Source: a virus (taxonomy: Duplodnaviria; Caudoviricetes). From it: a stretch of DNA of 41,886 nt. The position numbers and the translations under genes were made by a program. The first letter of the stretch is position 1, and each line of letters begins with the position of its first letter. This document shows, in pieces, positions 35,978 to 41,886 of this stretch. Below the pieces are notes generated by a model. The model was not told the DNA's origin and did not search any database. It saw only the letters and a list, made by a program, of their open reading frames with translations. The stretch spans positions 1-41,886 of IMG/VR virus record IMGVR_UViG_3300046380_000005. One strand, written 5' to 3'.

Positions 35978-36537
35978 CCAACCCCAAGCAACCCGCGCTG
36001 GCGGAATTGTTGCCCTGTCCTTTTTGTGGAGGCGATGCCGGTCAGAAACATTTTAGCGGTCCGACTGGTGAGAGATACCGCTGGATCGAATGTGAGCAAT
36101 GCAACGCGATGAGCGAGTCTTGCGACGATAGTGCTCGTGCGAATGATCCGGATGAACCTGATCCGGTTGGGTTATGGAACCGCCGCACCCCCAGCAAAGA
36201 AGTAGAGACCGCCCCGAGCGAGGGGGAGGAAATGACGGCTTTTAAGTTGTTAGCCGATGAATACGAGAAGGCGGGACTGGACGTTGATGTCAGAGTCATG
36301 CGCGCCGGACTAGGCCCGTTTGCTGACAGCGAAGGCGTTGCGCTTCGTGCTGTGATGGCAGCACTTGCCCTGCCTAGACCCGCACCCCCACCGATCGCGG
36401 ATCAAGCAACCGTGGCGATGAGGGGAGCCGGGTTTGATGAAACCGGAGGCTTTGCTGAGATACTTATCGGCGATGCTCGCTTTTCAAAAGAGGAAGTAAT
36501 TGCTGCCCTCCTCCACCCCAAGGAAGCGGCTGAATGA
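35974..36537 (+). CDS. Lar-family restriction alleviation domain protein
   Basis: LLPCPFCGG...IECEQC...WNRR. Confidence 0.75.
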   Translation: MTNPKQPALAELLPCPFCGGDAGQKHFSGPTGERYRWIECEQCNAMSESCDDSARANDPDEPDPVGLWNRRTPSKEVETAPSEGEEMTAFKLLADEYEKAGLDVDVRVMRAGLGPFADSEGVALRAVMAALALPRPAPPPIADQATVAMRGAGFDETGGFAEILIGDARFSKEEVIAALLHPKEAAE

Positions 36538-37211
36538 CCAACACACAGGACAGGACGCTCGTGACGGTCGAGCAGATCGACGTGCCGCTGTCGTTCTATG
36601 AATGGCTTGGCAGCATTGAGCGAGATACGCTTGTTCACGACCTCACCCCTCACGAGCAACGGGCCTTATGCGCCGCCCTCGCATCGGCGCCCGACACAAG
36701 CGGACGCGGCGAGGTGGAGCGGCTTGTCGGGCTACTGCGATCATCTGCGGAAGGTCTAGTAGAAGTCAAGGCTGACGCGCGCGGCATGATCACTATGCGA
36801 CACTCTAGCGCTGCGCTCCTAGCACGCGATTGTGAGGCTGCGGCGTCGCTACTCGCCGCCCTAACCCACACTCCCACATCAGACCAAGGGGAGCGGCTGC
36901 GGGAAGCGGCTGAAACGACCGACGAGGTTGCGAGGCTGCGGGAGAGCGAAACTGAGCTGACCGAGATCAAGGCCTCCATGGCGTACCGACATAGCTTGAT
37001 CGGGCGAACGACTAGCGAGGTTGCGAGGCTGCGAGAGGCGCTGGAAACTATCAGGAATGGTGATGAACCTAGGCCCGTTGGCGATACATTTCGATGTGAC
37101 GGGAAGCCCAGCAAACACGACAAGTGCGTTCACAATGTGTGGATGTACGAATATTGTGGGGGGTGCGTGATGGAATTCGCCCGCGCCGCCCTCAAGCAGG
37201 AGCAAAAGTGA
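36534..37211 (+). CDS. Mosaic hypothetical protein (Ead/Ea22-like modules)
   Basis: Repeated EVARLRE modules and a C-terminal KC.H.....C..C...ARAAL; ATGA coupling. Confidence 0.6.
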   Translation: MTNTQDRTLVTVEQIDVPLSFYEWLGSIERDTLVHDLTPHEQRALCAALASAPDTSGRGEVERLVGLLRSSAEGLVEVKADARGMITMRHSSAALLARDCEAAASLLAALTHTPTSDQGERLREAAETTDEVARLRESETELTEIKASMAYRHSLIGRTTSEVARLREALETIRNGDEPRPVGDTFRCDGKPSKHDKCVHNVWMYEYCGGCVMEFARAALKQEQK

Positions 37212-37309
37212 TGGAGGTCGACGCGCTTCTAGTCTTCGGGCTGATTGGCCCAGTCGGGATGATGCTTGTCGCTCTCTGGTATGCTTTCCGTGTTTGCCAC
37301 CAGGGTTGA
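37211..37309 (+). CDS. Small membrane peptide (32 aa)
   Basis: MEVDALLVFGLIGPVGMMLVALWYAFRVCHQG; TGATG coupling. Confidence 0.4.
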   Translation: MEVDALLVFGLIGPVGMMLVALWYAFRVCHQG

Positions 37310-37380
37310 TCCGAACGGCTGATCATGCAAATATCAAGCTCCACAGCGAGTATCGCGACGGGTTGCCGTCCGGACTTAGG

Positions 37381-37410
37381 GGGCTCGGCCGAAAGGTCGG
37401 GCCCTTCTCC
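37381..37410 (+). terminator. Hairpin, probable terminator of the accessory operon
   Basis: GGGCTCGGCC-GAAA-GGTCGGGCCC followed by TTCT (weak U-tract). Confidence 0.5.
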
Positions 37411-37452
37411 GTAATTCGGCCACCGCCAACGCTTCTCAAGACCCTGATTGAC

Positions 37453-37515
37453 GGGCGATGCCTTCGGCCCGTGCTGCCACCCTTCGGGCTCGTGCCAGCA
37501 TGGCAGCGCTATCGC
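37453..37515 (-). repeat. Dispersed structured element, copy D (shortened, intergenic)
   Basis: Minus strand GCGAT AGCGCT GCCA TGCTGGCA CGAG CCCGAAGGG TGGC AGCACGG GCCGAAGGC ATCGC CC. Confidence 0.75.
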
Positions 37516-37605
37516 ATTGATCCAATTCGATACGTAACGGCCAATCGCCTGACTCGACTCTTTTAATCATCTCGGTCAGCTTTTCCCCAACAAGGGGAGA
37601 TTGCT

Positions 37606-38190
37606 ATGCGAGTCGTTCTAGCGTTTACGCTGGCTGTTGGCGCGTGCCTGTTTAATGTGCCTGCCTATGCGACTGTGACAATGAACGTGGAGCAAGTAGG
37701 GGACGATGTGGTCGCCAGCACCACAGGCACCCTCGATCAAGCGGGGCTGACATGGCATTATGCCGACCATGCCGGAGGAGGCGCCCAGGGCAGCGGTCCC
37801 GGCTACATCGGTACAGGCCTTGAAAGTGAATCTAGGGTCTACTCCGGATTCACTGGACCATCGTCATTCGGCGCAGGGTCCAATTTCGTTAGCGCCTCAT
37901 TCAATGACTGGTTTGGTTTTGCGGTCAGCACCGGCGAGTATGGTATCTCTGTTTTTACATCACATGAGGGCGAAGTATTCGGGTCTTCTACCTTTCTAAA
38001 CCAGACCTTTGCCACACTTGGCCTGACGCCCGGAACCTACGTGTTCACGTCGTCGGCTGACCACATATTCGTCAACATTGGGGCGCCTGTACCCGAACCA
38101 GCAACCTGGGAGCTTATGCTCCTAGGCTTTGGCTTACTCGGCTACACGATGCGGCGAAAACCAAAGGCCAGCCTCAGTGCATTGACATAG
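37606..38190 (+). CDS. PEP-CTERM (PEPxxWA-type) exported surface protein, moron
   Basis: Signal peptide ending AYA; C-terminal VPEPATWELMLLGFGLLGYTMRRK; SD GGGGAG. Confidence 0.9.
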   Translation: MRVVLAFTLAVGACLFNVPAYATVTMNVEQVGDDVVASTTGTLDQAGLTWHYADHAGGGAQGSGPGYIGTGLESESRVYSGFTGPSSFGAGSNFVSASFNDWFGFAVSTGEYGISVFTSHEGEVFGSSTFLNQTFATLGLTPGTYVFTSSADHIFVNIGAPVPEPATWELMLLGFGLLGYTMRRKPKASLSALT

Positions 38191-39679
38191 CACCAACTGC
38201 CGCGCTTGATGGAAGCGCTTTGCCGAACTGCAACTTGCTTACCGCTGCGCCCAAAGTTGTTTCGTTGGAGATGGGGTTCCTCGACCACGTAGTGTCAGGC
38301 GATGTCCCGGTCTTCAACGCGGTGTTGTCGGCAATGATGCTTGTAGCGCAAGTCCTGCCCTGCGCGAGCGTGCCCGTGCCCCCCGTCCGCGTCACGTTGT
38401 TTATCGTAACGCCCATGCATTCGCGTTCGGCAAGCTGGAAAATGTTATCGTCCCATCCCATCATCCAGTCGAAGTGCATAGTCGTGCCGGGTTGTTTCCA
38501 GTTTTTTGGGTTCGGGTCCATCCGGTCGCTGCTCAGATACATCTTGCGGCGCATGGCGTGCGTAAAGGCAGGATAGAAGTGAATCGACGTAAGTCCGGGG
38601 GTATGCCACCAACCACGAGGGCAATACTCCACGCCACTAAAAGCGACCGAACGACGCCAATGGTTGCGGCCGTTATCGCTTCTCAGGTTATACCCATCCC
38701 AGCAAGTCGGTGCACTCACATAGGACCATATCCGGTAGTTAGAGCCTTCGCACTGACCGGCGCCCCAAGGATTGTCTCCGGTAGGTGTTAACCAGGATCG
38801 CGTGAAACTACCGCCGCCGGTAAGTGCTACATCACCTGCGCCGCCGAAGCCGTCAGTCGCAATGCGTACGCATTTATAGCCGAGAAACCCATCATTATTC
38901 TGCTCAACACCGACCCCCAGATTCTGAGTCCACACTTGTCCAGTGGCGGGAGGTTGAGCCGTTAGTTCGGCTTGTCTCGCGCTGTTCGTATAGTCGGAAA
39001 CATTTACCCCGCCGATAACTGTAAGGCCACGAAGCAACCGGACTAGCAGCGGGGATATACGGGGATCGACGCTATAGTAAACGTCAACGCCATCGGGGAC
39101 GATTGGCAATTTAACCCCCGGGCGTATTTCGTAGATCAACGACGGGATCCAATAGCCAGAACTGGCCAGAGGACCGCCTGCGCACGTGCTTTTCGGGTTA
39201 TTGCGGAGCGTCTGATACGTGCTGTTCTGGTCAACGCTCTCATTGCCGAAGAACGTATGGTGATGCAGCATCGACGCAGTAAGCTGGCCTGGGAACAGGA
39301 GTGGGTCGACCTTGCCGAAGTGCGAGAAGCCGCAAATCAGGCGCAGCTTATCCTCACCATTGTGAGGACGACACCCCGTGTCATACGCGGTCGTATGGTA
39401 CACGTCAGTCTCAACGCAAGTTCCCGCGCCGCTTACCGTTTGCCACTGGCTTGGCGTGTAGTTGGTGCTCTCATTGATTGCCGTGAATTCGTAAGCGCTA
39501 GCTGGAGGGCAACCCCCCTGAGTAGCGTTGTAATACTCTCCGCTCGCGCACGTACTGGCGCCGCCCGTACCCACGATGCCGCTGGTATCCCAAATTACGG
39601 GTTGCTGGCCGACCGTCCATTGCGCAGCCGCTGGCGTGGCCGCGAGCAATCCCAGCATCAGGAGGAGTAGCTTTTTCAT
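38174..39679 (-). CDS. Secreted DUF1996-domain protein
   Basis: Signal peptide MKKLLLLMLGLLAATPAAA; DPLLFPG...HHHTFFGN...STC...SGYWIPSL, PTCWDG.NL.S.N..NH, CP and HFDWMMGW motifs. Confidence 0.8.
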   Translation of the reverse strand: MKKLLLLMLGLLAATPAAAQWTVGQQPVIWDTSGIVGTGGASTCASGEYYNATQGGCPPASAYEFTAINESTNYTPSQWQTVSGAGTCVETDVYHTTAYDTGCRPHNGEDKLRLICGFSHFGKVDPLLFPGQLTASMLHHHTFFGNESVDQNSTYQTLRNNPKSTCAGGPLASSGYWIPSLIYEIRPGVKLPIVPDGVDVYYSVDPRISPLLVRLLRGLTVIGGVNVSDYTNSARQAELTAQPPATGQVWTQNLGVGVEQNNDGFLGYKCVRIATDGFGGAGDVALTGGGSFTRSWLTPTGDNPWGAGQCEGSNYRIWSYVSAPTCWDGYNLRSDNGRNHWRRSVAFSGVEYCPRGWWHTPGLTSIHFYPAFTHAMRRKMYLSSDRMDPNPKNWKQPGTTMHFDWMMGWDDNIFQLAERECMGVTINNVTRTGGTGTLAQGRTCATSIIADNTALKTGTSPDTTWSRNPISNETTLGAAVSKLQFGKALPSSAAVGAMSMH

Positions 39680-41328
39680 GAGTGGTTAAACCCTATAGCG
39701 ATCATGTTGGAATAGCCGGCACTTTGGGTAGCAATCGGGCGGCTGGCGATAGTAACCTTCGCGGCAGAACTTGCGTTCGAGCCGGAGGTATTATTGAACA
39801 GTATGTCAGATATTTTGGTGGCGCCGGTCCATGTGAAGCTGGCGGCGTACAGGCCGAATGCGAAGGCATAGCCGATGCCGTCTGAGGGGAAGCTGAGGTT
39901 GGTCGCTGGTTGCGCAGGCGACGTCGACTCGTTGACGATCTTGGTATCGGATACCGTGCCTAGGTTGGCACCTGAGAACACGGTAAGCGCGACCTTGCCG
40001 ATGGCGGCGGCGAACGTGATGGCAAGCGTTCCAGACCCGGCCGAGACGTTCGACGGCAGAAGCCAGACGGAGGCAGGGCTGCTGTTCGGCGCTGTTCCTT
40101 GGTTGCCCAGCTTCGTCATTGCCACGCCATTCCAGGTGGCGGACGTCGCGGCCTGTTCCGCGTTGACTGCGAATCCAGGTCGGCCGGCCGTTACAGTAAA
40201 GGTCTTGGTGAGCGTGGTCGGGTAGCCTTCCGCTGCAAGATCGTCTGAGTTGAATGTGCCGGCCTGCGTTATCGTCGCCGCGTTGACCATCGTGTCCGTG
40301 ATCGCGGTGCTCCAGACAATCGCGTCCGTCCCACGGTGTACGCCCTCTTGCACGTCGACCACCGTTCCCGGCGCGAAGGTATGTGCGGCATAGAGAGGCC
40401 AAGGGATCGCGAGTGTGCCGTCAATGTTGTCGAGCCAGTCCGCCGTCGAAAATAGATGCTCGGTCTCATTCGTCCACGCTCCGCCGTTCTCGCGCCAGCG
40501 CATCGCGATATAATCGCTGTCCAGCGCCATGCCCGCATAGACGGTCGTCCACGTCATCGGATTGACGCCGGTCGTGCTTGTCTTGGTGAGGACTGGAGCG
40601 AGGGCAGTGCCGCCTGCAACGCCGCCCAGGAACTGGTCAATCGCCGGGAACGTGAGCTGCGTTAACAGAGAATGATAAGGCCCAAGCGGGTGCTGGCCGT
40701 CCGCGTTGAAATACGTTGTATCGTTGGCCGTCGAGTCCGCGTCGAGGAAGGTGCCCGCAATATCCACGAAGGCGTCTGGTCCGACACCGCCCACCGAGGC
40801 CAACAGTGCGGGGTTGGTATAGGTGCGGCGCATCGGGTTGAACGTCGCATATGTCGAAATAGCGGTGCCGTAGGGATAGACCGGGAGAACCACGATTTTG
40901 ACGCTGGGCAGCGCCGCCCGCAAAGCCGCGATATACCCGTAATAGCTCGCTAGCCACGCATCGACTTGCCCCGAACTGTTATCGTTGGGCATATCGTTGG
41001 TGCCGGCGTGCACGACTGCGATAGTCGGGTTTTGCGCAATCATCGCGTTCAACCGGCCCCACAGGCTATTGGCTGTGCCCGCCGCCCGTTGAGAAGAATT
41101 TCCGAGGCCAGCGCTACCGACCGCCTGATCTATAATCGTAATGCCGGGGTAGGAGTGCGCCGCGCGGAACAGGCCCACGTGGTTAGTCGAGTTTTCCACA
41201 TCGGTGCTGTCCCCGTCGAAAACGACAATGGGGTTGAGCGGGGTAAGGTAGGGCGCGGCAGGCACACTAACACCCAAGCGCTGAAGCACCGCGAGGCTTG
41301 TCACTCCAACACTTAGGTCGATCCGCAT
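39676..41328 (-). CDS. SGNH/GDSL esterase-bearing head fibre or virion appendage
   Basis: Blocks VFDGDS, AVGSAG, AGTND and DGQHP, then Thr/Ala-rich beta domains. SD GAGGA 7 nt before ATG 41328; an in-frame GTG also exists at 41403. Confidence 0.75.
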   Translation of the reverse strand: MRIDLSVGVTSLAVLQRLGVSVPAAPYLTPLNPIVVFDGDSTDVENSTNHVGLFRAAHSYPGITIIDQAVGSAGLGNSSQRAAGTANSLWGRLNAMIAQNPTIAVVHAGTNDMPNDNSSGQVDAWLASYYGYIAALRAALPSVKIVVLPVYPYGTAISTYATFNPMRRTYTNPALLASVGGVGPDAFVDIAGTFLDADSTANDTTYFNADGQHPLGPYHSLLTQLTFPAIDQFLGGVAGGTALAPVLTKTSTTGVNPMTWTTVYAGMALDSDYIAMRWRENGGAWTNETEHLFSTADWLDNIDGTLAIPWPLYAAHTFAPGTVVDVQEGVHRGTDAIVWSTAITDTMVNAATITQAGTFNSDDLAAEGYPTTLTKTFTVTAGRPGFAVNAEQAATSATWNGVAMTKLGNQGTAPNSSPASVWLLPSNVSAGSGTLAITFAAAIGKVALTVFSGANLGTVSDTKIVNESTSPAQPATNLSFPSDGIGYAFAFGLYAASFTWTGATKISDILFNNTSGSNASSAAKVTIASRPIATQSAGYSNMIAIGFNHS

Positions 41329-41457
41329 CGATAATTCCTCAAGCTTCTTTTCTGCTGCTGCCAGTCGTGTTTCCACGGTGGTCAGCCTGTCGGTAATATT
41401 CACGCATCAAACTTCCCGAGAGTGCGGCCCGCCGAACTACCAGCGGGCCTTGGTTAC

Positions 41458-41736
41458 TCAGCCAACGGGCGCGTTAGGATCGGTCGGCGTGCCAACGTTG
41501 GTTTCGAGCGTGGCAACGCGCGTTTCGAGGCCAGCGACAGCATCGACAGCCTGCTTGGCTTGGTCGGCAGCGGCGGTGTTCGTGGTGCCCGCTGCGGTGA
41601 GTGCAGCGACTTCCGCTTTGAGGGCGGCAAAATCAGCATACAGAGACATCATCATACTCCATTCTAGGTGGTGTATCCGGCCCAACAGAGCGTTGAACGC
41701 GAATTTCAGGCGGTGCAGGAAAGGTGGTTTGGTCAT
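41458..41736 (-). CDS. Small coiled-coil protein
   Basis: ATGA overlap with the o-spanin stop; FAALKAEVAAL...LETRVATLE; alternative start near 41653. Confidence 0.55.
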   Translation of the reverse strand: MTKPPFLHRLKFAFNALLGRIHHLEWSMMMSLYADFAALKAEVAALTAAGTTNTAAADQAKQAVDAVAGLETRVATLETNVGTPTDPNAPVG

Positions 41737-41759
41737 TGCGCGGCTTTCGTGCAGAGGTT

Positions 41760-41886
41760 GATCGCGGCTTCTGCCTGATCTGCAAAACCACCTGGCGCGG
41801 TGTATTCGTAGAGGCGCTCGGCCAGTGCTGCGGCCAGCGAGACGGGATCGGTCGGCAGTGGACGCTCCAGCTTTGCAGGGCGCGTC
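41760..41886. repeat. Terminal direct repeat copy 2
   Basis: Identical to 1-127. Confidence 0.95.

Noticed and set aside
37501-37516. Sigma54-like TGGCAGCGCTATCGCA upstream of the PEP-CTERM gene
   Set aside because: GG-N10-GC spacing is right, but the match is imperfect and the sequence is fully explained as the end of element D; not called.

Overview
This window is a complete, circularly permuted temperate phage genome of about 41,759 bp. Bases 1-127 are repeated exactly at 41760-41886. It is GC-rich, and its gene content (PEP-CTERM protein, RcGTA-type head-spike base, xis/int style) suggests an alphaproteobacterial, probably Sphingomonas-like, host; this is an inference. The minus strand carries Cro/CII, a nuclease, a helicase, a methylase, lambda-O-like replication genes with iterons, terminase, portal, scaffold, capsid, podovirus-type tail and ejection genes, a tailspike and the lysis cassette. 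Across the origin it continues with an SGNH head-fibre-like gene and a secreted DUF1996 protein. The plus strand carries the CI repressor, the early recombination operon (Sak/Rad52, NinB), xis/int, an attP matching a tRNA-Cys 3' end, a second accessory cluster and a PEP-CTERM moron. Most notable observations: (1) four dispersed copies of an unannotated 63-84 nt multi-hairpin element with compensatory base changes and GNA-triloop mini-hairpins, bracketing accessory modules in both orientations; (2) a class-3 (WCT) LAGLIDADG intein beginning with Met inside the portal; (3) a candidate SD/hairpin/TTT-C +1 frameshift fusing a lytic transglycosylase to an ejection protein. All product calls come from motif recognition by eye; no searches were run.
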